From the NCBI RefSeq assembly GCF_008831285.2, contig NC_045138.2, forward strand, positions 7,378,001 to 7,442,000: a stretch of DNA of 64,000 bases. Direction: 5' to 3'. Shown here in pieces: positions 36,451-51,100 of this stretch. The position numbers and the translations under genes are program-made. The notes under the pieces were generated by a model, which was not told the DNA's origin, did not search any database, and saw only the letters and a list, made by a program, of their open reading frames with translations. Positions within the stretch are counted from its first letter, which is position 1; each line of letters begins with the position of its first letter. This DNA is from Nymphaea colorata. Lineage: Eukaryota.

Positions 36451-39065
36451 TAGAATCCATATGTTGCATATATAAAAAAATAGAAATAAGTAAATGAATA
36501 ATTAATGTTAAATTCACAAAAGAATTAAATAAAGTATTTTAGCAATAAAGGAGTTTGATGAGTATTCATCTCTTAACTCTTGGTCAGCAAGATTAATGCT
36601 TTCTGACATGAATTATCAATGGTAAAATTGTTGAACGTCTCATATTTCTAAAGAAATAACATACACCTACAAGTAATCCAATTTTTTGTGTCATTAAACA
36701 TGGAATAAATGCACTTTTGCTACATAGAAGAGCCAATAACAAAAAGGTTTGAACAACATTGCATTTGCAGCTTTTACATGCTCTCAAGCTTCCTCTGCAC
36801 AGCCTTTCTTATGTTGTTGAACCTGAACATCAAATCTATGTTAGGGAACACTATAATAATATTATAGGGTTATAATGTTGTAGAAAGAACCTCCTAATAG
36901 AGTATACTCTGTTGAGATCATATGCCAGATATGTGTGTGTGTGTGTGTGTGTGGGTGTGTTTTCACATTTTAATTAGCTTTAGGAATCCAGTTTAATGAC
37001 CATCTTTTGCAATTACCTACTTCCATTTCATAGTGGCAGACAAAGCTCATCCCATATTACCTGGGTTCATGCTTTATCATGCAAGTACAGTGTAAGGAAG
37101 TATACAAACAATGCTAGAAGGCTAATTTTCATGCACATTTGCATGCAAATCATCACTACACACAAAAAATGAAGATGTGAACACACTTGATTCTACAAGG
37201 TAGGAATAGTTACTCACATTTAAATTGGTAATTCAGCCACCATTAACCTTCTATCCAAAAAAGATCTTAATCAGATTCCAACAATATCAATGAGCTACAT
37301 GAATCTAGCAAGCACCTTTTTAATAAAGGAAACACCAAATTGAAACTCTACTGCTCCTTTCTAAACTCCTGCTACTGCAAGTGTAAGAGATCATGTAACA
37401 GTTCTCGTAAAAACAAAACATACAACCTAAGCCCTTCTCAACTAACACATGTCAGAAGTGAATGCTTGGAAAAGGATGCAACTCAAACTTCCAAAACAAA
37501 AGAAGCACAAGAAAATAAGGGAAATTAAAAGCTATCGTTTCTTCTTATGTGCAACAAAATCAAACAGCGGTGAACACCTGAAAGAGATGGAAACACACCT
37601 ACTTCCAAGAGATAGAGAGGAAAAGACACATAGATGACAAGATGGTAATAACGAGTTAAGACAGTCATACCTAAATTGTTTGAATATCTTCAGAACAATA
37701 ACTACGCTCAAGGGAACATGATTCCACGAGGGAGAACTTGATCTGAGATCCTGTTAGTTTGGCTTTGACTGGGGCCTGCTCATTGAAGAGAGAATGAAGG
37801 AAAACGTGAAGAAGCAATTTGAAAAGGGTAAGCAAGAAATCTGGCCTAATTTTATGGCAAGCATTAGTTTATGTAGTGTTTTAAAAGCAGAGAGGCTTCC
37901 AATAGCCAGCTGGTTAAGGTGCGGTCTTTGCTCTCGCATTAGAGGTTTGGGCCCCTTCCAAGAAATTTCAATGCCAATCAAACAAAACTATGCACCTTGA
38001 TCTCAATGGCTCCATAAATCATATTTCTCACCTCAATTTTGAAACAGCGTGGTACCATGAACATTCAATTCATGGCTTGTCAACACATACTCATCGAGCT
38101 CATCATAGATTGAAGCAAAAACATCACTAGATACAACTTCAAAGGGAATTTCTTAGAGTAATTCCACTAAGGAAGTTAATATCCTGAAAGTTAAGCATCT
38201 TCACAGTAAAATAACTACATCTGTCTTGTTATCCCCCACTAGGAGGACTCGAATCAAAGCAGAGAAATCATCATACTCACGGCTTCCTTTAAAATGATTC
38301 AATAATTGCCTAGGAGCCATACAATTCTTCTCATTACAAGCAAGGAAGACATTAAGGATAACATGCGTCCCTGCCTTTTCATGAACAAACGTTTAGAACC
38401 TAGAAAAGAAGGTGCATATAAAATACAAGGATAAGAAGCAGGAATGGCATCACTCAAAAGATACAACGGGGACAAGTGAGTAACGCTTCCCCTTTTCTGC
38501 AATATCACTTCTATTTAAAGCTCTTACAACATAACAGAGAACAAAAAGAGGAAACAAGGAACCCAAAGAAACGAGAGAACAAAAAAACAACCAAAGAAAT
38601 AAAAACAGAAACAGAGAACACAAAAATCAACTTAAGAATATAACAAAGAGCAAAAAGAAAAAAACAACTAAACAAGGAACACAAAGAACACACTGAGAGA
38701 GAGAGAGAGAGAGAGAGAGAAGTGTTTCCCTTACCATTGTTATCCTTCTCTTTTAGCACTACCTTTTTCTTCTCTTTCAGCAGTCACCCAATTTTTCTCC
38801 TTCCAAGTATCTTCTGTTGGGTGGTGTTAGGAAAAAAGTGACTTGAGGAAGAAACAAGAGAGAGACACCAAATAAACTCTACTAACATGCGTGAAACCAC
38901 CAAACTTTTTTACAACCAAAGGGGAATGGGCAGGAAGCTTCTTTATCGTTTTTTTCAATATGATAAAGCTTTTAAATGTTTGATTTCTTACAACTTTTCA
39001 AATTTTATTTTTTTTAATTCAAAATACATTTTTAACCATTCAGATTCACAAATAATTTTAATTAC

Positions 39066-39168
39066 GTGTGCTTGGGTCCATTTCAAATTTAGTACGAAAA
39101 ATTATAAATATGTATAGGTGTGCTTGGGTCCATTTCAAATTTAGCACGAAAAATTATAAATATTTATA
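39066..39168. repeat. 52-bp tandem duplication
   Basis: GTGTGCTTGGGTCCATTTCAAATTTAG(T/C)ACGAAAAATTATAAATAT at 39066 and 39118. Confidence 0.9.
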
Positions 39169-40469
39169 TTATATGCATATATATATAATTACATTTAATA
39201 AAAATAATTGAAATTAGACTCAGCCAAATGTCAACCCAGGCACAGGCCCAAGTGCAACTAGGGTGGGCATCGGGCCAGGCCGGGCCGGCCTGACCGGATA
39301 AAATTACACCAGCAAGAATTGGGAATTGGATAGGGCCGGCCCGTTACCCGGCCCAACTATCAACCGGCCAGATATCGGGCCTGACAATCACGACCAATGC
39401 CTGGCCCGACCCATTTTTGATGGGTCAGGCCGGGCCGGGTCGGGTCGGCCAATTTTTGACGGGTCGTGTCGGTTAGAAAAGAATGGAGATAATTCTGCTA
39501 ATTGCCAAAGCACATGCAATAAGTTCAAATTTACTGCAACTCCAGTTAGTCCGCTGCTAGTGCAGATGCCCAAAATCACCAAGCAATATCCAAGTCAAAT
39601 ATATTCAATTGTTTTTTTCTCTGTCAATAGCAGACCACTTAACACAAATATAAATGAACACAATATGTGAACCATTTTACATACTTAAAAGCTCCTGAAG
39701 TTCATGCAAATCTATATAAACAAGTACATATGTATGATATCAGCAGTAGCTGGCTAGGTTCTGCAACAATTAGATTCTTACATACAAGAAAATGAAATCA
39801 AACTAGGCAGTAAATTATCCCTTCAACACAGTCATACAATGTCATCCAAACTGCACAAAAAGGGACCATGATAACGACCCAATAAAAAAGAGACACCAGA
39901 TTACGAAGGAGCATATGTAAAATACAAATAGACAGCAAAGCTGAATGTTTATAAACTGAAACATTAAAATATACCATCACAATGAAGCGACAAAAGCAAG
40001 CGAACCAAAGGCAAAGAACTCCAAGCTCACCATCTATATCAACATCATTGGTAGCATTGGGAACTTGATTAACTAGGCTAGCTACCAAGAGCCATTGGTA
40101 TAGTTGTTGCTGGATTGTACAAACCACATCTTATTCTTGATTTAAAAACACAAGTTTAATATCTAAAAGTTTACATTTCTAGAATTTTACATCTGCAATC
40201 CAACATAATACATATCATAAGTTTATCCACGACTCCGCACCACAAAAGATATTACCTGCAAAAGATTAACAATAGTTAGTTCAGATTTTTCATAAATAGA
40301 ATACTAAACAGTACAAATTTGTCAAAAGTTTACCATGATTCATGCATTAGATTAATTTTCCTTGTCAGAATGGTGTTCTGCATCATGAGAACTGTAACAA
40401 AGACACATATTAATTTAAGTACACTATTATGTTAATACGTAAAATAAACTATGAAGTATGAACATCTTA

Positions 40470-42434
40470 CCTTTCACACAAGTTGCTTGCATCACGAATC
40501 CAACTCTGTGTGCAGATTCATGATTCAACATTTTCAAGAGTAGTTGAACATCAATAATCATTAAGAATTCTTCCTGATATACTGAATACAGATTCCGAAG
40601 CAACTATAGCTACATGAATTGCTAATACATGTCGAGCCATCTTTGCTACAATTTTATATTTGTTTTCATTTGTCTTTCACCAAAATAATATGTTGAAGTC
40701 TATAGTAGGTGTAATTTCTTTCATTAGATCAATCAAATATTTGTCTAGATCATAGTGAGCCACTATAAGAGATGCAAAGTTGAAATATGCTTTAAACCAT
40801 ATCTAGACATACTTCTATACTTTTCTGTTGCAATCATGGTAGATGCATTGCCCTTTTGTATATTACTTGTGTCACTATCATCATACATATTTTTGTAATC
40901 AGCATACAATTCATGAAGGATGCTCTCTATAACTTTATATTTTACCATTGCATCAGGTTTATCCAAATTGTCAAGCAATACTACACATATGACAACTTGA
41001 ACCTAGGATCCAAAACAGCTACAATTGCAAAAAGAATATTGTAGCTCTTGAAGTATTTGTCAAAATTTTCTTGCATTTTGTATGTCAATGTCCTTATATG
41101 TTCATTTGATGTTCTATGATGCCTATACAAATGATGGTAAATTGATAAAATTTTCTCAAAAACAAGATTAGATGTTACCTGCTTGGTGGTAGAGAATAGC
41201 TTTGTTACATCGTAGAATACATTTAAGAATTGACATAAATCAGATGCATGAGACCATTCATCCTTAGAAGGCAAACATGTATAATTAGGATCACACGATA
41301 CAAATGTTGAAAGCCATCTTTGAATAATAATGTATCTCTCGACATTATAAATGTAGAATTCCATTGAGTAAGAACATCATAGTTTAAACTTTTTTTCTCA
41401 TCCAAACCCATTGCCTTTACACATTGCTTGAAATTATGTAGTCGTTTTGGTGATCCCCTTACATCTTTGACATTGTCACAAATTTTTGAAATTGTATCAT
41501 CCATATCATTCATACCATTTTTAACCATGAGATTTATAATATGTGCACCACAACAAATATGAAAGTATTCTCCTCTCAATGGAAATGAAATATTGTTTCT
41601 TCATTCTATGGTCTTTCCCAATAAACTTATTCCACTATCACTTGTTGAACAATTATCAGCAGTAATAGAAAACAACTTCAATTGAATTTCTCACTTAGTA
41701 GTAATGCACTTTGATAAAATGTCATATATACAAATTGCATTATGTGGTAGAGGCATATGCATAAAATTAATTATATGAGAGTGCAATTGCCAATCTGTAT
41801 CAACATATTGTGCTATCATGCATAAGTTTCCTAATGTTTATTGTGAAGACCACATATCAAATGTCAATGAAACCCATTGCACGTGGCTATTTAAAACTCA
41901 TTGATATCTCATTTTTTTAGTCTTGAACATTGACTGAACCTCTTTTGTAAGTGTTTTTCAAAAAAATGGAACCAACCTTAAATTACAAGCCTTTAGAAAA
42001 TTATTATGATATTCATATTCTGCAAAACTGAAAGGAAGTGCATGTATTACATTTTCTTATAGTGTCCATATCAAATTTATATAGACATAAAAAAATGGCA
42101 CCAGATTCACTAACTTCAAATGACAAAGTTCATTGTTTTCTATCAACTATTTGTTTTTGACACATGTATCTCTATGTCATTTTAAGTGGCTCGTACCATT
42201 GAAACTATGTCCACCTAATTGTTCACCACAATGCTTGCATTTTGTAAACTCTTTTCCCTTATATTGTACTAATCTAAAATCATTTCATACCATTGAAGTT
42301 CTTTTCCTATTGGATTCAACTTCTTTTCCAGTAGATGAAAAAGATTTATTTTCCTCCACATCTGCCGTTAAACGATATTCTTCATTCCCAACGCTGGAAG
42401 ACATGACTTACTATTTAAATGGAATCCGAACAAC
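40470..42434 (-). pseudogene. hAT transposase remnant (BED-finger type)
   Basis: CKHCGEQL..GTSHLK*H BED finger; LTFDMWSS; FHICCGAHIINL; AVLDPRFK; VASESVFSISGRIL; multiple stops. Confidence 0.9.
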
Positions 42435-43484
42435 CTAAACACATAAAATGATTCAACTCTTGGTTAAAGAAAATGCTGACAAGATTCATATGACATCACG
42501 TATATGAAATCATTCAGTAACTGTCCCTAATCTGATTTGATTTGATTTAGAGTGATAGGGAAACCAATTATAAAATTCTCGCAAGAGGGCCTCATAGAAC
42601 CTTCCCATAAATAAGAGTCTTTTACAAGTTATAAATTTAAGAAATTGAAAACATAGAAGTGCATGCCAAATGTAGATACATGCATAGCAACACATATAGA
42701 CCTGCCTATGCCAACCAGCCACCAGGGATCTCTGGATTCTCCCCAAAACTGTCAAAGTATGCTGGTAACTACTTTATTGTGCCTGTAGCAAAAGTAGATG
42801 AAATTGATTACCCAGAAACATTCATATATCACAAAATTTGGGTCTAATTCTAATATCTGCCCAAAAACAATAGTCCAAACAACATTCAAAGTAGTCATTC
42901 ATCATAAATTTTGTATGCATTGTAACAAAAATTTAGTTATATTATAGTTGTATTGAACAACTTTGCAATAAAAGTTAATGCAATCAACTTCTCAATAGGT
43001 GCCAAAGGACAAGAGGATGTAATGGAATTTAACTTTGCTCAATACAATTAAAGCAATGAATAGCTTTAGTTATATGACAAATAAAGCACTTGCAGCAAAA
43101 CAACCTTATTCCCAACAAATACAATAATGTAGTTCTATTTCAAATGACCAATGTTATTAATATAACTCTACATTGGAGCATAATGGCTGGTATCAGCAGT
43201 ATGTTTTATTGGCACCTTGTCCATATGATATAAGCCCAATTTAGGTTTTTGTTTTTACCATTATGGGCTGATATGAATTGACACATATCAGTCAATACAT
43301 GGTATAGGTGAGCAAACTGATACACTATTGATACTGTCATTTCAACTTTGCAAACAACCATTTAAATAAGTAAAAACGCTATAAGACATAATAAGTTCCT
43401 TTGGAAGCACTTAAATCTTATAGTGTTTAATTCATTAACAAATAATTATAGAAAGGCACACAAAATAAGAATTTGACATCTTAG

Positions 43485-44080
43485 CAATGTCACCTGGGTG
43501 CGTTTCCCAGGAGGTCGCACCAGCACCGACGCGTTGCGGGTGCGGGTTCGGGTGCGGGTGCGCTCCAGGTGCGCACCCAATCCGCACCCGATGATGAGGC
43601 TCGTACCCAAGCCGCACCCAGGGGAGTTGGATCAAGTTCCGAGTCGAAACCAAATCCAAACCAAGTTCATCTGCGTGTATGGTTTGGATCTGGATCTGAT
43701 TTCGGGATGAAACCAGATTAAAAATCCACAAAATCAAATCCCCGTCGGCCGTTGCATCTAATTTAATACATCTATAGATATATTATATGTTCTCTTTTCT
43801 CTTTAAAAAAAAACGATACAGAACTAAAGAATGGTGGCTTTCATAAAACGATCTTTTTGCCTTTTTTTCAAACATTTCTTTTTTGATTTTTTCCCACTAT
43901 CATAAAAATGTATAATTTTAATTGTGTTATTCAATTTCTATGAAAAATTAATAATAATAATAATAATATTAATATTAATAAAATATCGTCACCGCACCGC
44001 CGCACCTAATTTTTTTGAGATGTGCCGCACTGGCACCCGCACCGGCACCGGCACCCGCACCCCGCATTCAGGTGACATAG
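43485..44080. mobile_element. hAT-type MITE (GCACCC subterminal repeats)
   Basis: TIRs CAATGTCACCTG / CAGGTGACATAG; perfect 8-bp TSD CATCTTAG at 43477-43484 and 44081-44088. Confidence 0.92.
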
Positions 44081-44149
44081 CATCTTAGTGGATTTACAGG
44101 TTAAGTTAGAACTGATATGCTTTTGCAACTCTTAATGATGATAACTTAT

Positions 44150-45168
44150 TGTTCGCATCCACCAAAAATTTATTGGTTTTTGGAGTACTCCATAAAAATG
44201 AGATTTTATTTTGAAAACAAGAGAGAAAGGGACTCGCCCGTTAGTACAAAGATCGACCATTCACGGCACCTTTACCGGGGTTAATCAATCTAAGGGCTAT
44301 GTTTATACTTGATGCATTTTATTTTGGCTTGAACATTTTTTTCATTATATATGCAATGTATTGTTTGAGAAAATTTTAATAACTTGATATTTCAAATCTT
44401 TTAGGAAATTTTGAAGAATTATTTGAGAGTGGAAAATATTTCGATTTGGATAATCTTGGATGAGAAAATATCATTTGGAAACATTTGAAGACAATTTTGG
44501 AGTCATTTCGGTGTTCTCTTAAGACTTTAAGTAGGTTTGAAATTTTGCTCTAATTCGGTTACTATGTAGTTAGAGCTCCATCTCATCTTGCTTAAGTTCT
44601 TTATAGAGGTTGTGATCATAAGTGATATTGAGTAAGAATGCATGAATGCATTGATCTTATATGATTGAAAGAAAGTAATTCATTCATACCACAACATTTA
44701 TCTAAAAACATTCATATCATAACATTTATTTAAACGCAATCCTACCATAGCATTCATCTAAAAACATTAATACCATAACATACATCCAAGATTTTTGTTT
44801 TCATAACTATCATATATAAGAAGGAAAAGTTTTTGAACATGGATTGAGGTTGTAGATCATCAAACATGAATCCAATATTATGTCATTACTTGAGTTTTGG
44901 TCTTTGTGAAGTCGGTAAATGAGAATGATCTTGGAAGAAAAATATGTTTAAAGAATGGAAAAAAATAGAGACTTAATCACAAGAGAAAGAGAAAGAGATT
45001 TTTAAGATCACTAAATGAAAGTTTTTAAAAGAGGAAAAGATACATATCTTTGTATGTATTTTATGTGTGCATACATATATGTATATATGTACATATGTGT
45101 ACACATATGTATGTAAAAACTTTTGAAAATTAAGTATTAACTTAAATAGAGAGGAAAGAGAAGTTTTT

Positions 45169-45211
<43 letters not shown>

Positions 45212-45316
45212 GCACATATACGTGTATATATTATCACACATACACGTATATGAAAGTTTATAAAAGAGGGTATTGATTGGAAGAGAAAGAGATATTTTAG
45301 AGGAAAAGAAATAAAA

Positions 45317-45395
<79 letters not shown>

Positions 45396-47717
45396 AAATT
45401 TGTATAAAAAGACATTTAACTTGAAGAGATAAAAGGTTTTAGAGAGAGACAATAGAACGCACGTATACATGCATTCATGTATATGTGAAAGTTTGTAAAA
45501 TAGAACATAGAAACATAGAAAGAGAAGAAGAAGGAAATCATCATGTGCACATATATGTATATAACATGTATATACATATCTGTCTTCATGAGATTAAGAG
45601 TAAGTTAAAACATCTGACTTCAAGTTTGATGTAGGCCGGAGGAGAGCTTGGACTTATGTAAGAGCTTAAGCTAAGTCTCTAAAGCCACATTAGAAAGAGG
45701 TTCTTTTGAAAATATTTTGGAGAGCATGATTTCAAATATTTTTATATGTGAACAAAAAACATAGTTATTTCATTTGTTACAGGGAAATATGTTTCTTCCA
45801 CCATTAGGTATGGAAGAAAATCAGACCACATGATAAGGCGCTCATTAGGTTTCCTAATTGGAAGATTAGAAGAAAACTAACGCAGAATGACATAAAAATG
45901 CATATTAACATGTACATGTTCGTGATGGCTTTTCTCGGGTTGGACAAACCCCAACCTTAAAAATTAACACAAGAACGAAGAAATCCCAAACCACACTCTC
46001 ATTCTCGCCGTGCATTCACAAATATGAACAGAAAAATTAAGCAACTACGCATAAACAATATCTCCAAAATAAAGCAACATTTAAGTAATGGAGAGAACTT
46101 GTTCAATCATAGAATGCAATATCATCTCATCTTCTCATGCTCTCGGTGCACTCGAGTATAACTTCTTGATTCTAAACTAGAGATTTGAGAACTATCTCAT
46201 AAGGCTATGGGGAAATGAAGAGGAGAGGAGATAAAGAAACCCAAAAAAAGATTGTTCAAGAAAAGAGTGAATATGATTTAATCATAAAATGAAATATTAT
46301 CTCATCTTCTTATGCTTCTGGTGCACTCAAGAATAGCTTGACTCTAAAAAGGAGATTTTATAGCTGTCTTATATGGCCATGAGGAGATGAAGAAGAGAGA
46401 AAACAAGGGAACCACAACAAGACTATATTCAAGAAAAGAGAGTGCAAGAGAACTTGTTCAATCATAGAATAAAATATGATTTCATCTTCTCATACTTTCG
46501 ATGCACTCAAGAATAGCTTCTTGACTTTAAAATAGAGATTTGAGAGCTATCTTATATGGCCATGAGGAGATGAAAAAGAAAGAAAACAAGGAAACCAAAA
46601 CAAGGTTACATTCAAGAAAAGATAGAAAACAATGAAAGGAATGAAATGTGATGCTGATTACATACCTCTAATAAAAATTATTTTAGGAAAAAAATGAAGA
46701 ACCTGGCTTAGAATGATCCTAGATCCCTTTGAGTAGAACAAAAAGATGATGAAGAGGATGCCTCCAAGAGATCTCTTCGTGCTCTCTTGAAGAGTTGTAG
46801 CTCGATGAAGCTTGCTCCCAAAGTTGGAGAAGAAGAAAATGAATGAAAAGGAAAGAAGAAGAGGGAAATGGAGGAAGAGAGCTAAGGGAAAAACTCTAAG
46901 TCTTCAAGTGAGAATGCATTAGAGTTTCTCCAAGGGCTAGCTTATGCCCAAAAGGGAGGATTGTGGGAGTATTTATAGAGTTTTGGAGCCGAAAATCAAA
47001 ATTTGATTTTTTTTGAATTTCACAACATTTTCATGTAAATTTCAAATAATTTTGAATTATTTTCATTTAAAAAAAAAAGGTTTTGACTAAGTGAGATTGG
47101 ACATTAGCCCTGCAAACACCCCTTTGGGGTGTGGGCTGGGCTATTGCCCACCCAATGGACCAAAACCGCACCCCAAGGGGTGGTTTTGATATGCAAATGG
47201 GGCCTGTGCAGTACGCAGGCCTCGATCCTGGCACTGTTGCGCGCTAAGCGCAACAACGCCAGGCTCTATGGTGCCCAGCGTGATACTCATTTATTTTATT
47301 TTATTTTATATTTTTTTTGTTAAACTTTATGATATGAAATAAGGATTTTTCGTGTAAAAGCATAAGAATCCATTTTTTTGTTTAATTTATTGTAAAAATG
47401 TATAGAACTGCTTTTTTCGTTACAAAAGAGTGGTCGACTTCGTTTTAAGCTTTAAAAACATATTTTGGTGCGAGGACGAGGCATAAAAGAAGGGGAATGT
47501 CTGTGCATGTGCACACGACGCTTGTAGCACCAGATTATGTTGTTTTGAACTTGATTTTGGATTTTGAGTTTCAAATGCTCGATTCAGATGTAAATTTGGA
47601 TTTTGGATCTAATTTGGTTTTGAGAGTTGGATTTTAGATTTGAATCTTGTGCCTAAATTTGAGTTCTGTGCTTGGTTAAAATAACATAGTCTTTTGGATA
47701 AATTTAGGGTGATTACA
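44150..47717 (-). repeat. 3' LTR of Ogre element (3568 bp)
   Basis: Aligns with 56047-59096; adjacent PPT at 47718-47730; contains (GA)n, (TA)n and three repeats of about 175 bp at 46093-46620. Confidence 0.92.
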
Positions 47718-47809
47718 ATTGTCCCTCTTTGTTTTTATGTCGGTGCTAGCCGTGCTTAGTAATAAAGATAAGCATCACAATTTTTTCAAACAAAACGTAT
47801 TTGAAGCAA

Positions 47810-48012
47810 TGTTTCAGGTTTAACCCCTTACATGAATGAGTTGTTTGAGCTTATATTGTAGGTTTAACCTCTTACCTATACGGGTTTGCCAATATTGAAT
47901 TCAGGTTTAACCCCCTTCAAATGGGTTGCCTTGGCTTGCATTGTAGGTTTTACCCATTACCTACGTGGGTTGTTCTCACATTGCAAATTTAACCCTTTAC
48001 TTGCATGGGTTA
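47810..48012. repeat. Tandem array (about 40-45 bp x5) in Ogre 3'UTR
   Basis: Recurrent AGGTTTAACCC..TAC..ATGGGTT units between the integrase end and the PPT. Confidence 0.75.
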
Positions 48013-48149
48013 ATATCAAATCTTGATTGATAATAAAAAAAAATGCCCAGTGTAATTGTTATGTTTACGACTGAAAAGAATCCAAATTGAATGGCAGATT
48101 GGATGTGAAAACATGAATATTTGTCATTGATTGAAAAGTGAATACAAAA

Positions 48150-51100
48150 GAACTAGGAATAGAATTTCTTGAGGTGAAGAGCATTAACAGGATCGACAAG
48201 TTTCACCCCATCAACATCAATCAGTTGGTATGAATTATGGGACAAAGCTTCCTTAATAACATATGGGCCTTCTCAATTTGGTGCCCAGTTACCATGTGGT
48301 CGTCTTGAGGTATACCACTGATCGTAGGACCAAGTCATTCACTTTGAACTGTTTCTCGATAACTGACTTGGAAAATTGTGTGATCAACATTTGGTGACAA
48401 GTTTCAGCATGTTTAGCTGCTTTTAGCCCCTTTCCATCTGAGCTACATTAGCTTTTTCTGCTGATATTAATTTAGAGGAAGCTCTATAAGAGAAGCGAAC
48501 TTCAAAGTGGGTTTCAACACATGTAATGGTAGGACCAAGTCCATTCCATAGACTAGTTCTGCTGGAGTAGCATTTGTTGGAGTTCTCATAGTGGTGCGAT
48601 ATGCCCACAGAACATTATTCATCTTTTCGTGCCAATCACTTTTAATTTCTATTATCTGTTTCAAGATGTAGATCAAGATCTTGTTGGTAGCCTCTGCTTG
48701 CCCATTGCCTTGGAAGTAATAAGAAGCTGAAAAATGATGCATGACACGATATTTGTTACACAACTGCCTCATTTTTCATTTTTGAAATGAGTCCCATTGT
48801 ATATACTATATTATGAGGGACTCTAAATCTGCAAAGAAGATTTTTATCAATGAAGGATACTACATGACACCCTTCTATTGTTCGGAGTGTGACAATTTCT
48901 ACCCACTTGGTAAAAAAGTCTGTTGCAGTAAGAAAATATTTATGGCCATTAGAAGCTGTAGGGGATATTGGTCTGACTATGTCAAATGCCTACATTGAAA
49001 ATGGCCAAAGAGATGTTACAAAATGCAAGTGAGAGGCTGGTGCATGGATCATTAAAGCATGCAGTTGACATTCTTTGTATCTTTTGATGAACGGGAAACA
49101 ACTTTTTGCATAGTAGGCCAATAATACTCTGCTCGAATTATCTATTTGGTGAGGGTTTGGTAACTAACATGACCCCCACAGTCTCCTCGATGTGACTCTT
49201 CGATGACTTCCTTTGCCTCATCTTCATCAAGGCACTTAAATCCACGTCTATATAGCACCCCTCCATGAATAAAGTACCTCACTGATGTACGTTGAATTGC
49301 GTTTTGTTCATTTCTGGGCATTCCAGTTGGGAATTCTTCAATTTCAATATATCTTTTAATGTCATGATACCAAGGCATATTCCCCTCTTGGATATGATGA
49401 ACATGCTTCACTGCTTCAAAAGCAGGGTATTCTAATCTTTCAATCTCAAAAGAATGGATCGATTCGTTGGTACGCGAGGCCTTCTCTTTTTATGTGAGCT
49501 AGTTGTACTTCTTCAAACTGATGGATCAAGGTGGTGGCAATCTCTTGCTATGGCACCAACTTTTCATCTTTAACTTGCCATTTTCCGTTCACTTGATTGA
49601 TGATAAGATAAGAGTCGCCAAAAGCGTACACCCTTTTTTACTTGAAAACTTAATAAAGAATGAAGTCCTTGTATGAGGGCTTCATAGTCAGCCATGTTAT
49701 GGGTACATGAAAAGTCAAGTTTCAAAGAGTACGAGATCATTTCATTTTTTAGAGTGATGAGTAAAATACCTATACTATCTCCCATCACGTTTCTAGATCC
49801 ATCAAAGTACATCTTCCATATCAGAACTGCTTCCAATATTAGTAAGTGTTCGTTTGGAAACTCATCAATCATCCTGATTTCTTCGTATTAGGAAAAGTCT
49901 GCTAACTGATCCGCAATTGCTTGTTCTTTGATTGACTTCTGGGACATATATTCAAGATATATTATATCAACAGAACTTACCATTTGACGATGCATCTATT
50001 GAGGAAGAGTTGTTCTAAGATGTACTTAAGAGGATTTAGCTTGGAGAGTATCTTGCCCTTATAAGCTAATAAATAATGCCTCAGCTTCTGACACATCCAA
50101 AACAATTCTAGGCAAGTTTTTTCTATTAGGGAGTATTTCTTTTCATATTGGACAAAAGTTTTGCTAATGAATAAATTGCATGTTTGATGCAACTTCCTTC
50201 CTCATATTGTGCCAAAAAGCCGCCACATGATAACTCATTTACTGTGATGTAAAGTAGCAATGGTCTACCTAGTACTGAGAGTTTTAAAATTGGTGGATTT
50301 AGAAGGTATCTCTTGATCTTTTCAAACGATTATTGACATTCAAAACCTTATTCAAACTTGACACATTTCCTTAGCAGCTGGTTGAATGGTTCATATCTCA
50401 TAGCCAGATTGGAAATGATTCGTCTGATGGACTGGATTCGCCCTTGCAAACTTTGCAGTTCTTTGATATTGGTAGGTGGTGGCATATAGATGATTGCTTT
50501 AGCTTTGTTAAGTCCATCTCGATCCCTCTTTTACTGACCATGAAATCCAAAAGCTTACCCAATTCGACCCCAAATACACATTTTTGAGTATTCAAACGAA
50601 GTTTGTACTGTAAGAGTCTCTCGAACATGTGGGTGAAGGTTTTAATGTGGTCTTTTCTTGCTTTAGTCTTAATCAATATGTCACCGATATATGCATCCAT
50701 GATCTTATGCATCTGGTCATGGAAGATGACAGCCATGGCTCTTTGATAAGTTGTTCCGGCATTCTTTAACCCGAATGACGTCACCTTGTAACAGAAAGTG
50801 CCCTAGGGTATAGTAAAAGCGGTCTTAGGTTGATCCTTGACTGCTAATTTGATTTGGTTATATTCTGAATATCCATCCATAAAAGAAAACATGACATAGC
50901 CTGCAGTACTGTGTACCAACAAATCAATGTTTGGAAGTGGATAATTATCTTTTGGCGTGGCTTTGTTCTGGTCTTGAAAGTCGATGCACAATCTTACTTT
51001 GCCATTTTTTTTTTGGGACAACCACGATATTAACCAACCATTCTAGGTAATCAATGACATGAATGAGTTTTTCCCTTAGTAGGTCTTCTAATCATTCTTT

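Larger units (their letters stand above)
33166..39258 (-). mobile_element. Decayed hAT transposon 1; right end not found, coordinate set at the start of hAT 2
   Basis: Terminus TAGGGATGCCAAT followed by tandem GAATCCGACTTTTAAG subterminal repeats (33280-33500) and a transposase remnant. Confidence 0.75.
39259..44149 (-). mobile_element. Decayed hAT transposon 2 (TAGGGTGGGCA family); interrupted by the Ogre element, other terminus not in view
   Basis: Terminus TAGGGTGGGCATCGGGCC with GGCCGG/CGGGTC subterminal repeats (39259-39475); transposase remnant follows. Confidence 0.78.

Noticed and set aside
44973..45415. ORFs with YI and SL repeats
   Set aside because: Translations of (TA)n and (GA)n microsatellites in the Ogre LTR.
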